Assembly (NCBI RefSeq): GCF_025526975.1
Contig: NW_026515692.1
Location: 124,001-188,000 of the forward strand
Length of the DNA stretch: 64,000 bases
Source: Fimicolochytrium jonesii
Taxonomy: Eukaryota
Direction: 5' to 3'
The position numbers and the translations under genes are program-made. The notes beneath the pieces are model-generated. The model was not told the origin of the DNA and searched no databases. It saw only the letters and a list, made by a program, of their open reading frames with translations. Of this stretch, positions 1 through 12,871 are shown piece by piece. Within the stretch, counting starts at the first letter, position 1; each line of letters opens with the position of its first letter.

Positions 1-351
1 TTTGACGGGGTACTGTACTGTAGTTTGCTGTTGATTGGTGTTATATTCTCCGCCGCAATGTTTATTTCGCACTTCACGTGACTTGCGCGGTTGTTCTCTG
101 TCTGGTGGCGGCCCCTCCTCCTCTGGTTTCTCCTTCTCCTTCTGCCACCAGCACATTGCAGTGTTACATAGTACCCAGTACGCCGCCCCCCCCCCCCCCC
201 CCCCCCCCCACCACAGCGCACAGAGTCCTCCTGCACCTTCACTGTTTCGTCGCTCGCTCTCACTCACTATGCTCGGTTCATATTGTACGTAGGGTTCAGG
301 TAAAACGAAACGCAGCGCCATCCGCGACAGAAGAAACACCTCCCACTGAAT

Positions 352-1677
352 ATGGCCCAACGACAACCACCCCCGCCAACTACCCCCTCTTGGGCGAAGC
401 CAGGTAACCCTTTTCTTGAGGATCAACAACAGCAACCCCCAAAATCCTCACCGCCGCGATGGAGTGGGGGAGAAGAAGCTTCATCGCGAGATCATCTTGC
501 TCACAACTCCACCCCAGCGACGGCAACGTCTGTCTTTGCGAATAACCCGTTTGTGCAGAGCGATTTGAGGGCGCAGAGTGCGCAGAGTCATGCTTCGACG
601 GCCAGGGGTCCGAATGTGTATCAGACGACGGGCACATCATCGGTCTCCGCGCGCCCGAAGCCGGACCAGCCAACAGCAGTCTCCAACGTGAACCCGAACA
701 CTGGTTCGAACCCCCCCTCCAAACCATCAAGGACCGTCCGCCCCAGCACCCCCCTAACGACCCCCACCCCGCCCTCCGAACCCCCCTCCCGCCCTTCCGC
801 CCGGCCCCCTCCCCGCTCCGCCTCGCCCGCCCCACCACCAGCCGACAAACCCTTTTACGTTTCCTACCCCTTCTCCGATTTCAAACCCCCATCCCAGGTA
901 GACCTCTCCCTCTCAACAGGCTGGTTCACCCACACCCCCCCAACCCTACCCCCATCCCTCCACGGCCGCTCCGCCTACCACAGCTACCACTCCTCGCGCT
1001 CCCGAAAGGGCACCCAAACAACGAACGAATTGATCCTAGCCTTCCAATGGAAACCCAACCTCGCAACCTCCCACTTCAAAATCACATGGATAAACGACGA
1101 TATATCAACCGCAAAAGCCGAACAACGTCATAAACCCCCACCCACCCCACCCACGCCTTTCCAACTCACCACATTCGCAACCCAATACGGTAACGCGGTC
1201 GCAACATGGTGCGAGGCCCGCATAGGCACCACAGTCGGCAACGGCGAATGCTGGACGCTCGCCCACGACGCCCTGCGCGCGTGCAACGCCATGCCTTCGT
1301 TAGGCTACACCCACGGCGCGTGCATCCTCTCCGTGTCCACAACGTCCGAATCCTCCACCCTCTCTGTATCGGGGGATATGCGCCTGGTCGCCCGCGGGGA
1401 TATTCTGCAGTTCACGGAAGCGGTGTTTAAGAGTCCGAAGGGGTATACGGTGACGATGGGGACGCCTGTGCATACTGCTGTGGTCGTGAGGGTGTTACCA
1501 CCGTCGAGTGGGGGTGGTGCGGGGTGTACGGTTGTATGGGAGGTTGTAGAGCAGAATACTGGGCTGGAGGTGGGTGTTGTGAGGTCGGTGGTGAGGATGG
1601 AGGAGATACGGAGCGGGGTTGTACTGGTGTACCGCGCTGTGGATCCGAGTTGGGGGAAGGTTGAGGCAAAGTGGTGA
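352..1677 (+). CDS. Proline-rich protein with C-terminal BBC1/AIM3-type cysteine-proteinase (CHAP-like) fold; probable actin/endocytosis adaptor
   Basis: 441-aa ORF with two NPF motifs and poly-Pro in the N-terminal half. C-terminal VGNGECWTLA...HTAVV...VVEQN resembles the fungal Bbc1/Mti1 C-terminal domain. Confidence 0.7.
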   Translation: MAQRQPPPPTTPSWAKPGNPFLEDQQQQPPKSSPPRWSGGEEASSRDHLAHNSTPATATSVFANNPFVQSDLRAQSAQSHASTARGPNVYQTTGTSSVSARPKPDQPTAVSNVNPNTGSNPPSKPSRTVRPSTPLTTPTPPSEPPSRPSARPPPRSASPAPPPADKPFYVSYPFSDFKPPSQVDLSLSTGWFTHTPPTLPPSLHGRSAYHSYHSSRSRKGTQTTNELILAFQWKPNLATSHFKITWINDDISTAKAEQRHKPPPTPPTPFQLTTFATQYGNAVATWCEARIGTTVGNGECWTLAHDALRACNAMPSLGYTHGACILSVSTTSESSTLSVSGDMRLVARGDILQFTEAVFKSPKGYTVTMGTPVHTAVVVRVLPPSSGGGAGCTVVWEVVEQNTGLEVGVVRSVVRMEEIRSGVVLVYRAVDPSWGKVEAKW

Positions 1678-2877
1678 GTTTGAGTGGGGACAAATACTTT
1701 TTTGGGGGGCAAGGGTTTTTTTTTTGGATGCGAGTTATTCTTGGGGATTGGCTGGTGATGTATGTACGTTTGTGGAGGGTGGAGGAAGTGCGCTGGGGTC
1801 TTTTTTTTTGTAGCTCTGTATTTTTGGCCCTGTTGGTGCGTAGTGTCTCTGTGTATCGTGCGAATGGATAGCTGTTGTGAAGCGTCTCGGTAAGCGCCTG
1901 TCCGCAGGTGAGGTCAGAATGTAACCCCCGTGTCTTCACCCGGTGATGTGCGAAAATTGATGAAAGATTCCACCTCGCCGACCGTTGTGGGTTATTGGCA
2001 CAGGCCTGAGGATGGAAACAATGTCCGCGACATATGGATCTTTTTGAGAGTGTTCGCCAACTGCAGCCGTATTGTAGGATCGTTTCCTGTCTTGAACCGC
2101 AGGAGAGCATTGGGATTCCTATATTTTACGTGTTCCATTCACAAGCACGTTGTATAAACTAGCCGGATGCACGACTGAAGCCGATGTCATTACATGGACA
2201 ACACATGTTGGACCTCAGATCTTGAGCCCAGCAATGTAATGTGGGTTGTCCGGTCTAGTTGGAGAACGACGCGACATGTCCCAGAGCGTGTTCTCCAGTG
2301 GACTCTGGCCTCACGGGTACTTTAACAGTGCTCATCGCGCGTTCCTATTCACAACAAGTAACTCTTTTACTGCACATCGAATAGCAGCGCCGGTATTCAT
2401 AGCAGCGCCTAAGAAAAAAGTAAGAAGCTTTTCGCAGCAGCCGCTCAACTGACAGCTTTATATATGAGCTGCCAGTGGGGCTTGCGTGGCGTCCATGAGG
2501 CTTGGCGCCTTATGTAATGTATCACCGAGAGCTCGGGTGGCCAGCCCGGGTCTTGGATCGTGTAGAAGTAAAGAGATATAATATGAAATACAAGTGAATA
2601 CGTTATGGGTGAGACCGATGGGGGGGCTGAGTTTCCTGAGGGAGCGATCTTGGACTGGGGTCTTTGTGCGAACGGACGGTCTCAACACAAACCCTTCGGA
2701 AGAAGAGTGTCCACAATTAAATCTCCCCGACATGAGAACACGGACAGACGCACACACGTGACCGGCATTCAACTGCGCGACGGCAGCGAATCAGCGAGCG
2801 GCATGTCCCATTTGTCCCATTTCCACATCCCGCACACGTCGCCGCTCGTCTCCCGCTGTCACCTTGGAGCACGGCCC

Positions 2878-4430
2878 CTAATCCTTCAAAGCTGCCGCAA
2901 TCAATAACTCGCTCTCGCACACAAACTCCATAATGGTAAAGGCACCCTTCTCCTCCCCAGCAGCAACCCCACCCTGGCGAAACTGATAATATATCCCTCG
3001 TAGTCCGACTCCGCAGCATCCCCCGTCGTGCCCAGGACCGCCGCCGGCCTGCGAAGGCGCCAAACAGGCTCCTCCACCGCAGCCAGATCGTCAACCTCGA
3101 GCAGGCCAGCCGCAGGGCCAGGTGGCATGCTTCGTATCTACACTGACGACTCGCCGGGGATCAAAGTGTGAGTGAAGGGGATTGACCCCGAGGGGATGGC
3201 GGATTTTGGGGGACGGGTTGGGAAGGGGGTGCATGAAGGAAGCCGAAGATCTACGACCCACGCAGTTGCGATGTCTGCGCGGACAACATCACGAGCGACA
3301 GCGAGCGGTTTATTTGCGGAATGGAATCCGAGGGGGAGGTTTTCCACGCGAACCGGGAGCAATCTCTTTCTTCTTGCCGAGCTCGTCACTATGGTCGCGA
3401 GCGAAGCGAGCAGGATGTCCTTTGGCACCCCATCAACCAATCAAATTCTTCTTCGCTCGTCCCATGGACCCAACAAACCACACATGGCATACATCGTTCG
3501 CATCGCTCATTCGAACTCGGATCCCCTTGCGCTCGCGTCTCGTTATCTAATCCGCCGTTTTTCCTTCATTCAACAGTGACCCCGTCACCGTCCTCGTCGG
3601 AAGCCTGACCTTCATCGCTTCAGTTTTCATCTTGCACATTGGTATGCGCCCCGGTCGTCTATACGCTCTTCCTCCTCCACATGATTCCAATACTAAACCT
3701 CCCCTCCGTTCACAGTCGGAAAGTACACGCGTTAAACAGCAGCCCAAAACCGGCAAACACCGACCGCCTCGAAATCAGCGCACAGCCCCCAACACAAGGT
3801 CGATCTTCCAGATTGGACTTGCTCACGTGTGTACTATTCGCCTAGACGAGGAACTCAAACGGGATGGGCGGGGGGGGGGGGGTTTCATACCAATCGAGTT
3901 TGAACGGGGACATGAAGACCCAACACAAATCAACCCTCTTTCCAATATCCCCGTTTATATATATACAATGAAAGAAATATCTCCCCCTTTTGGGCCTCAC
4001 GCATACGTTCGGCTGAGACGGGGGCAGAAGGAATGAATGAAGGGTTTGTGGCTTCGTGAGGGGGGTGAACCAAAAATTTGAGGCGACCCCGCCCTGATCC
4101 CCTTCAAGACGACCTCGGCGCTCTTCCGCTGCGCCTTTTCGGCCGGTATGGATTTGGCGAAGAGGGAAGAGTCGCCTTTCATCCTAAAAAAAAGTCGTCA
4201 ATCCATCAGTCTCTTATTCACGAACAAGGGAGAGTTGGGAACGTAACTTTTCGAGCAAAACAGCCAACTTGTAGATTGATCCGCGTTATACCTCCGATCG
4301 CGTATCCCGGCGCTCAACATATCCTCGATATTCGCCGATTTCAGCAGCTGGACGGTCTAAGAAACAAACCGGAGGAACAAACCGGACCCTTGGGAGGTCG
4401 CCGCCTCACAACCACAGGAACATCCAACCT
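2878..4430 (-). CDS. Possible spliced hypothetical gene divergent from OXA1; boundaries uncertain
   Basis: Coding-like minus-strand segments (2878-3063, 3138-3440, about 4000-4183) with plausible GT..AG sites, e.g. TTTTTTTAG at about 4184. No recognisable family. Confidence 0.3.
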
Positions 4431-4645
4431 GTATGTACTGTATGTGGGTGAGTGTCGCGTGCGATGAGGACGCTGGGAGTCTGGCGATTTGTGGGTTAGG
4501 GTTCTGGGCTACGCGCGGCGTGCTCTCACATCCCTGCTTTGAATCTCCTTTGAATTTCCGTGCTTTTACACCACCACTTGCACGACGCAATTGCCATTTC
4601 CAGCGACAGCAGCCGTATACCACGATATCGCAAGGGTTACCAAAG

Positions 4646-6291
4646 ATGTCAAAGGCACATCCAAGGACCCTTCAGGTGTTCGAGGCGCTGATCTGCCCTC
4701 GGGCCCTTCCCCGGAATTTCGGAACCGCATGGTAAGTCCTCAAACCTTCTTTAGTCTTTGGAAGTCTATCTGAGCATGCAAAGAAAACGATGTTGTCTTA
4801 CCACAACCTTCACAGGACACGGCCTGCGACAAAGGCGCTCGCACGGAACTTCACGGCGATACCATTACAAAGAATGTCCCCACTTGTATGCGGTGCCAGG
4901 CTGGGAATAGGTCGGACGGGGACGGGGAATGGTGGAAGGTCTTTTGCACCAGCTCGGACGTTTTTCTGGTCGTCCAAGCCAAAAGACCTGGCCGCTTCGC
5001 AGACTGATGGCAGTGCCGAAGAGCCGATATGGCACGACTCAGCGACGCCAGAATTGCTTCCGGGAGCACAGTCTGCTCTTACACCAGCGCCGCCTGCAGG
5101 TTTACCTCCTCCCATCATAGCGCCAGCAGGAGTGAGCGCAGAACAAATAGCATCAACCGCATCAACCGCCACCCCCTCCTTTATCACGAACCCCGCAATA
5201 GCAGAAGCCGCAACTCAACCCGCCCTATCAGCAATCACCCACATTGGCGACCTCAAACAAATCGGGCTTGGAGGCTGGACACCCCCCGGCCTCGCGCAAC
5301 AGATGTTCGAAGCCATCTACGTCACCACCGGCCTGCCCTGGTGGGCCACCATCGTCGCCGGCACCCTCATCCTCCGCGTGGCCTTACTGCCCCTAACATT
5401 CCGCATGCACCGCACCGCCGCGAAAATGCAGGGACTCGAACCGATCATCAAACCCCTCCAAGAGGAGATGAACCGCGCGGGCGCCAACAACGATCATGAC
5501 GGCAAAATGGCCGCGGCGTTGAAGATGAAGGCGGAGTTCAGCAAGGCGGGCGTGAACCCGTTGGCGGGCTTGTGGGCGTTTGCGCAGGCACCCGTGTATA
5601 TTTGTGTCTTCTTTGGACTGAGGGCAATGGCGTTGGCGCCCGTGCCGGGGTTTGAGACGGGCGGGTTTGCGTGGTTCACGAATTTGACGTTGGCGGATCC
5701 TACTTATGTTTTGCCGGCGATTGCGACGGCTGGGATGTTATTGACTATGGAGGTGGGTGGTTTGTGATGTTGGGGTGTTCGCTGGGCTTTTTGCCGGAGA
5801 TGTGAGGTGGAGATGAATGCCGGATGGGAGCTTGCTGACGCTTCTGGATTGTCCCCAACAGATCGGCGCGGACGCTGGCCGTCCCATGGCGGGCACAATG
5901 AAGAACGTCTTCCGCGTTCTCGCCTTGCTAGGGTTCCCCCTGACCGCCCACCTGCCAGCTGTAAGGCTCAATTTGCCCCAATGTCTTTGTCCACGACATC
6001 CCACAGCGGGAACTAACACCCCCGTCTTTTTTCCCCCAGGGCATTTTCATGTACTGGATCGCCACAAACTCCTTCAGCGTCCTCCAAGTCGCCGCGCTCA
6101 AATCGAACGCCATCCGCGCCATGCTCGACATCCCCGCCGTCAAACCCCCCACATCGGTCACGACCACCCCGGAGGAGAGCGAGGATGTGTGGAGGAGCGC
6201 GACCCAGCTGAGGAAGACGAGGGATGAGGCCGCGGCGAAGGCGGGGCAGAGGATAAAGCAGCGGGCTGCGAATGCGAGGAGGGGACTGTAG
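4646..6291 (+). CDS. OXA1: Mitochondrial inner-membrane insertase Oxa1 (YidC/Oxa1 family), 4 exons
   Basis: TGLPWWATIV..LILRVALLPL, QAPVYICVFFGLRAM, GFETGGFAWFTNLTLADP, GIFMYWIATNSFS. Introns at about 4732-4814, 5753-5861 and 5961-6039 keep the frame. Confidence 0.92.
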
Positions 6292-6592
6292 CGTAACATA
6301 GAGTTCGTTGCGCACGGTATTGTGTGTCGAAGCGCTATGGGTTTAGGACAGATTGTTCGTAGATGTAGATTCATGTGTTCATTTGTATGTATTGTGCATG
6401 TATTTAAACATTCCCCCTCGTGAATAAGTGCCGACCTAGGCGTGTACGAGCCTTTCACTGTCGAAGACCCTTGTCGTGACTCGTGGCCGACATCTCATCG
6501 CAAAGTCGCGTGAGATCCATATCGCGACTTCCCCAGTAATACGCCCCCGTGTCATTGACACCAGCATCTATCTTCTAGACCACCAACCTCTA

Positions 6593-7310
6593 TCAACGCT
6601 GCTGCTGGGCTCCCAGCGAGTTGAGGAGCAAGATGGTGCTATCTAAGAATCGGTCGACGCAGTTGGTTAAGCATACTACAGTCGGAGGAATGTGTTGTTA
6701 GCGACCGCTTTTCGTCCCTTGGACGTACGATAACCGTGCGCGAAAGATATTCAGGTATGTACCTTCGTCAGACTTATCCGTGGCGGCTTTTACTTTCGTG
6801 ATGCATTTGTCCCAGCATGTGTCTAAGAGGCGGGGAAGAAAGGTTTTTAGTCTTGGGTGGTACGGAGTTGCAACAGTCAGACATAGTTCACATCTTACCC
6901 GTGTATTGGTGTACTGTCGGCGGAAAGGCGGAGGTCAAATAGGTGTGTTAGCTTTCTTATCCGATTGCATCAGTCCGAAAGAGAGGGCCCATACCTGTTG
7001 CTTGGAAGTTTGCCCGGCGCTATGCGAAAAAGAGACGGAAAGGAAAATAGGAAAAAACATACAGTGAGCGTCGGTTCTCCCCTCTGTATGGATGGTGCAG
7101 TCCTGGTGTTTCCTCGAAAGGCGGGTGTCCCAACTGCTCCCACCACTTCCGGTCTCCTTCTACGAATCGACTTATCCAAGCCCCCCCCAACGTCTTTCTC
7201 CGTTGTCGTTCCCCAAGCGTTCCCCGTACCTGCTCGTTCTCGACGAATGTCATGAGTTCGGCTTTGCTCTTCTCGTCCAGGTTGAGATCGCCGGTTGGTA
7301 GGGAGGCCAT
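6593..7310 (-). CDS. TIM8: Small Tim chaperone Tim8 (twin CX3C), 5 exons, 87 aa
   Basis: Exons 7310-7230, 7019-6995, 6913-6899, 6822-6763 and 6675-6593 splice to MASL..ELMTFVENEQRRANFQATVHQYTDTCWDKCI..CLTNCVDRFLDST. Confidence 0.9.
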
Positions 7311-7694
7311 TTTTTCGGTCTGGAAGTGGGGGTGTATGGAGGTTTGTGACGGAGGGTGAGTGCAGACTATATATGCAGCGAAGTTCCGGTGAGAAAGTGT
7401 CCGTTGTCGAAGTGCTAGAATTTTGAGAACTTGAGAGGCGAGGAGTCGGACCCAAACCTTCACGTCGCCGTCACATTCCACCCAGCATCTCCCAGCATTC
7501 CACCTTAGCATTCCACACTTAGCATATAGGACAGCAACCCCCACTCAAAGACCTCCTCTACAGTAAGACCTTTCCATACACTCCATCCCAAGTTCTCACA
7601 AACCTCAGCCCACAACCCAAGTTTTAACATCACACCTCATCTCACATCACCTCACCGCCCACCGCCCAACCCACACCCCCTGTCCCTCACACCC

Positions 7695-9187
7695 ATGCAA
7701 GAAGACCCCTCAATCCCCACAGGCTGGGCCGACCAACCCACCGGCGAAACCCCCGCTGGCGATGGCTGGCTAGCGGAGGATGTGGAAGAAGGAGGGTTAC
7801 CGAATGGAGTTGTGCATGAGCTGCCGGAGGGCGGGGCGAGGGCGGTTGTGGAGGAGATTATCTTTTTGGGGACTGGTATGTTTTGGGGGTGGGGGAAGGC
7901 AGCCAGGGGGGATGTGGGGATGGAAGTGGAACACTTCTTCTCGGTGGGATATGCGATGCGGGGCGTTCATTCACACCTCCGTCGCGGCATCGGACACGGG
8001 CCTCATAGATGAACCACACACCCATCCACCCCACCCTCTCTTTCCTCCCGCACAGGCACATCCGGCAACGTCCCCAACATATACTGCCTCACGAAAGACG
8101 TCCCCGACTGCAAAACCTGTCTCGCAGCTCTCGAAGTCTCCATGCCGCAGAACATCCCCCGGCGCGCAGGCGTCGTGCCCAACACGCCGGTGTACAACAA
8201 GAACCGCCGGCGGAATACGGGCGCCGTCGTGCGCTATATGCATTCCGACGGTCGTATGAGGTATCGTATTCTCTCCCTTGATACAAATAAATCACACACA
8301 TGTTGACATCACCATGGTTGATTGGGATCAGGACGATCCTCATAGACTGCGGTAAAACATTCTACGACGCCTCCCTAACCTGGTTCACCCACCACAACCT
8401 CCGCCAAATCGACGCCGTGCTGCTCACCCACGGCCACGCGGACGCCATGCTCGGCCTCGACGACTTACGGCAATGGACGATCGGAGGTAAACATCTGTGC
8501 GTGCAGGACCACATCGACGTCTACCTCTCACCGCAGACGATGGGTGTCGTCAGTTCCTCGTTCCCTTACCTCGTCGACAAGGGCAAGGCGACAGGGGGAG
8601 GGGACGTGCCGAGTCTCCGGTTCCATGTGTTTGAGGCCGGGATTGACAAGTTTGTGGTTGGGGAGTTGGAGGTTGTCCCGTTGGAGGTGGAGCATGGGAG
8701 GGTGGATAAGGAGACGCCGTTCATGAGTCTTGGGTTTAGGTTTGGGGAGTTGGCGTATGTGAGCGATGTGAGCGCGTTTCCGGAGCGGACGAGGGAGAAG
8801 ATGAGGGGGGTTACCACTTTGGTTTTGGATGCGTTGCATTGTAAGTCGTTTGTTCTCCCCCCCCCCCCCCCCCCTTTTCCTGCCATTTTTTTTCTTCCTC
8901 TTATCTCTCTACTCAAACTCTCGTTTTATTTTGAAGACACACCCCATGCATCACACCTCTCCATCCCCCAATCCCTCACCGAGATCCTGCGCATCCTCCC
9001 GCACAACACAACCCCTCCCGCCCGCGCCTTCCTCGTCGGGTTCTCGCACCGGGTCGAGCACGAGACGCTTGAGCGGGAGCTGGAGCGGGACGAGACGTTG
9101 TGGAGCAACGGGGTTGTTGTGCGGCCTGCCTGGGATGGGTTGCGGGTGAAATTACGTGGCGAGGAGGTCGGGGTGGGGGGGGAGTAA
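7695..9187 (+). CDS. Metallo-beta-lactamase-fold hydrolase, PhnP-like phosphodiesterase family
   Basis: IIFLGTGTS, NKNRRRNT, ILIDCGK, THGHADAMLGLDDLR, YVSDVS, HLS and AWDGL motifs over 4 exons (introns at about 7876, 8261 and 8841). Confidence 0.88.
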
Positions 9188-10215
9188 GGGATGTGCCGCC
9201 CTACACCTTGCCCCCCACGGCCCACATTCGACTCGGATACGCCATCCGAAGATTTTTGTCTCCAGAAAGAAACCCCGGCCAGCCACCCACCACGTCGTCA
9301 TAAACTCTCAAGACGCGCTTAAATACTTCCAACCCCCCGCCCGCTGGATCCTACATACACAGCAAATCGCGAAGAGGGGAATACACAGATCAAGGGTTTT
9401 CGAACGACAGGGACATGTCGCCGTTCGGGCATCCCGTCGCCAGTCAGCACTATTTTTGTTTTTTTGCCCCGAAAACCTCCAAATCCTTCGTGATAAAGAC
9501 ACGCCCTGAGAACCGGAGCCAGCAATCGCCTCATAAAATATCCCCCACACGCAAATATTATCACATCGAGCACGAAGAACCCGATTTTTGTCTTGTTCTT
9601 GTCGCAGAGTTTGTCCGTAGGTTGGGTAGATAATGATTTTCTTTGCTTTTTTGTACAGTACTGTATGTATGTTGGATTTGTGTACTGTGTTTTCGGTTTT
9701 AGGAGGGGTAAAATGTAAATGGCAGTATCGTGTGGCGATTGAATGCGTTGGGAAGAGTTTGAAAGGGTGGAAGGAAGCTGTGATCACTGCGTGAACGTCC
9801 GGAATGTGTTTTTGGGGCCGGTGAGGGATCGAAACGTTTCTGCTTGCGATCCCTTTTCTTCCTTTCTGTGATGTTCGTTTGATGCACACTCTCCGAGAGG
9901 TCGGTGGGTGTGGGTTGACTCTGCGTACGTCGATGCACCCTGCAGTTGATCCCACCACACTCAAAGATCCCAAAAACGCCAGTCACGTAAAGATCACGGA
10001 TAGAGTTGGGATGCCCCTCGATCAATTCTGCAATTCCTCTCCCGCAACAATAAAAATACAACCCCCTCCTCGTCCCTCACACCCCAAGATCATGGTCCCT
10101 CGTCACATCCCCCCATTCGTACTTCCCATCCTCCTCCCTCCACCCCTCAACCACCACCACCCCACCCTCAACCGTACACCCACCCACATGCCAGAATCAC
10201 ACCTCCCCGCCCACT

Positions 10216-10719
10216 ATCACGGGCCCGTCGCCTCTTTACAGTACGCCGTCCCCTTATCAAAAGTCATCATCCACCTGCCAGTAATTCGCCCTCACCAGCG
10301 CGCCGGCGGTGAGCGTGCGCGCAAAGACAAGTGTGCTTGTCTGGCCGGTCTAAAAAATCATCAATGAGAAGCAGAATCAATCAGATCAGATATCCTCGAT
10401 TTGGGGGGGGATGGAGGAGGAGGAGGGATAGGGGACAGGGACGTACCGTGGAGGTAACCATCCCCCGTATTCCATTCTGCACGCCTGCGTTCGGTGCGCC
10501 TGCACCCGCAGCCGGGGTATGACGTGTTTTTCTGTAGGAGGATTGCGGTGGTGGTGGTGGTGGTTGGGAGGATGCGGAGGCGGAAGCTGTTGAGAAGCGT
10601 GGGGAGGAGGATGATGGTGATGGGAAAGATGCTGGTGCGGGGGCGGATCTTGCGTGGGATAGTTTTGAGAAGCGGGGAGTGGAGCGCCGGGAGGAGCGGG
10701 AGGCTGTTCGGTTGAACAT
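10216..10719 (-). CDS. Small low-complexity hypothetical protein, probably 2 exons
   Basis: ORF 10381-10719 with a GT donor at about 10446 and an acceptor at about 10350, leading to ...GALVRANYWQVDDDFDKGTAY. Host-like C-then-G composition. Confidence 0.35.
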
Positions 10720-10888
10720 TGTTTGGGTGGGTGGATGCTGTGCGTGCGGCGATCGTGCTGGGGGGTGGGAGTCCGTTCTGATCGGCGGCAGGTACTGGCT
10801 GTTCTTGAGAGAAGAAGCGTCTTGTCTTGTCTTGTCGCTTAGGCACTTGACTTAATTGATTTGCAACCGCTTACGTTAGCAGTTCGAG

Positions 10889-12871
10889 ATGACTTTCACA
10901 GCCACCGGTGCTCTCCTGCTCTCTCTCTTTTCGGCACCCAGGTGGTGGACACGGTCACGGTGTCCATGGGGGACATCGCCGCATACCGATCCGTGTGGGC
11001 TGGACAAGCTACTGAGCACGGTCACAGAATTGCAAGGGAAGGTCAAAACAGCTGTGGAGAATCCCGCCCTGAAGACCTTCTTAGACGGTTTCACGGAATA
11101 CTATCGGTCTATGTACCTGCGAGAGTTCCTTGCCGGGGAGGCCATCATTCCTTACGGCCCACCATCGAATATCTGGAAGGAATGCTGGTGGCGCGGTCTC
11201 CGCTGACAGACGATAGGAACGGTCCAACGCGCGCAATCTGCAGACCCTCATAGCGTCTGTGTTTTCCGCACCTTTTTCCACCGACGCCCCCGCCATGGAC
11301 ACGTTTACTCCCGATCTGTTGCGGAGGTGGCACAGGATCATCGGCAGAGGTCTGATTGCGGAAACGCCGGAGAATACCGCTCACGAATGCTGGCGCCCGC
11401 GCAGGAGAATTACGTACAGTCAGGTAGCAAAAAGCTGTCTCTCCTCGAGATTAAGTCAGTGCCGCCGATGCGTCTCTCCGCCTTGTGGAACGGTCATTGA
11501 CTTCAATTAGAAGGAGAGACAGCTTTTAGCTACCTGACTGTATATCTCATCCCGCAGAAAATCCCTGCCGAGCTGGAAAAGGTGTGCGATTACGTGCGCA
11601 ACGCTTTTAGTACGCACCTGAACCCGGCGGGGCGCGTGAAACTGGGAGGAAGTAAGGACCACTACGCGTGCGCGTGCTCAAAGAACCCGGACAGACCCAG
11701 GGTATCGGCAGCACCCACTGAAATCTCCGAGGCGGAGGACGATGGCTGCGGAGGAACCACCGAGCCCGCAGGAGTCCATCAGGAGTGTGGATTTTCTTCC
11801 CCGGGCCTGAGCATCTGCAGCATCTCGGCGTCCCATACTTCGGGTAGACCCACAATGCCCCGGCTGCAGGACACCATCCCGGAATATCGCCCGGGCCCTC
11901 GCATCGACAAACACATGTTGCTGGTACACCGATGTGTCGGCGGTATCTACTGCCACATCCTCATTGACACCGGGTGTAACACCCTCCTCATAAGCAACTC
12001 ATTCGTTGCCCGACATGTTCTCCCCACCTACGATCGCCCTACCGCCCTTGAGGTTCATTGGGTGACAAAGCCGGATCCTACGGCGCCATGCAGATGGTCT
12101 GCGCAGACCTATCCGTCTTTACGGAGGAACGAATCCCTCATAAACCTTCCAGAGTACCCTTCGTCATCGCCCCTATACGTGCGGACATAATCCTTGGCCT
12201 CCCTTACATTCTTGACCTCGATATTATTCAACTCTGGCGCGACAATGGGTTCCCCGGACTTCAGTTCAAAGCCAATGACCAGACCCTCCATTTTCGCGCT
12301 AAACCCATCACCCGCCGATGGCAGGAACGCAGCGCGTGTACTGCGCACCTCTCGGCTCCTTGCGGAGTTACCCGACCCCGCCGGTTTCACCCAACACGCT
12401 AAAGCCCGACTCCGTACACTCCACCATTACCACTACGATGGAACTGGTGCCCCCCGGGAGAATCATCCGATCCATCCGGCTATTGAAAAGGCAATCAGTC
12501 TACCCCACCAGCCTGTGATTTCTTTTGAGGCTGGGGACTTCACCGTGGACCCTGGCTGGCGCAGACCTCACCGCTCGGTCCCAGTTAAAAGCCTAGCAGG
12601 GGCCCTAGCTGTTGCCGGGCGCGACATTACTATCTGTCCTGAGAAAGGAACCGCTCCCAACTGCTACATCAGCCTCGCCGGTTATGAAGAGGATGGGCCT
12701 CCTGTGGAACCCCATGACACAGAAGTCTCAAAACTCGGATTCTACAAGTGCAAACAGAAGAAGAAGTGGATGCGCCATCAAAAGCAACGTACAGGCTGTC
12801 ACACACTGCAACGCTACTGGCAACCTGGCAGACAAGAAGGATTCGAGTCTGCAAGCGGCATGAAGATCTAG
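10889..12871 (+). mobile_element. Decayed retroelement-like region with retropepsin (aspartic protease) remnant
   Basis: HILIDTGCNTLLIS (11582 ORF) continues after a frameshift into FVIAPIRADIILGLPYI (12058 ORF), giving the D-T-G and D-I-I-L-G retropepsin motifs. Upstream ORF is broken by TGA at 11204. No RT or integrase seen. Confidence 0.6.
11415..11542. mobile_element. MITE (Tc1/mariner-like) with about 31-bp TIRs, bounded by TA on both sides
   Basis: TA-CAGTCAGGTAGCAAAAAGCTGTCTCTCCT ... AGGAGAGACAGCTTTTAGCTACCTGACTG-TA; one mismatch between the arms. Confidence 0.85.

Noticed and set aside
186..209. Long poly-C/poly-G runs (also at 8856, 31853, 38123 and 63967)
   Set aside because: Homopolymers of uncertain length, treated as part of the general compositional pattern.
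700..720. GGTTCGAACCC as a tRNA T-loop or B box
   Set aside because: It lies within a CDS with no cloverleaf. I recognised no tRNA or rRNA genes in the window.
7695..9187. Functional link between the PhnP-like hydrolase and the RNA repair enzyme
   Set aside because: They are 42 kb apart in a eukaryotic genome, so proximity is not evidence.
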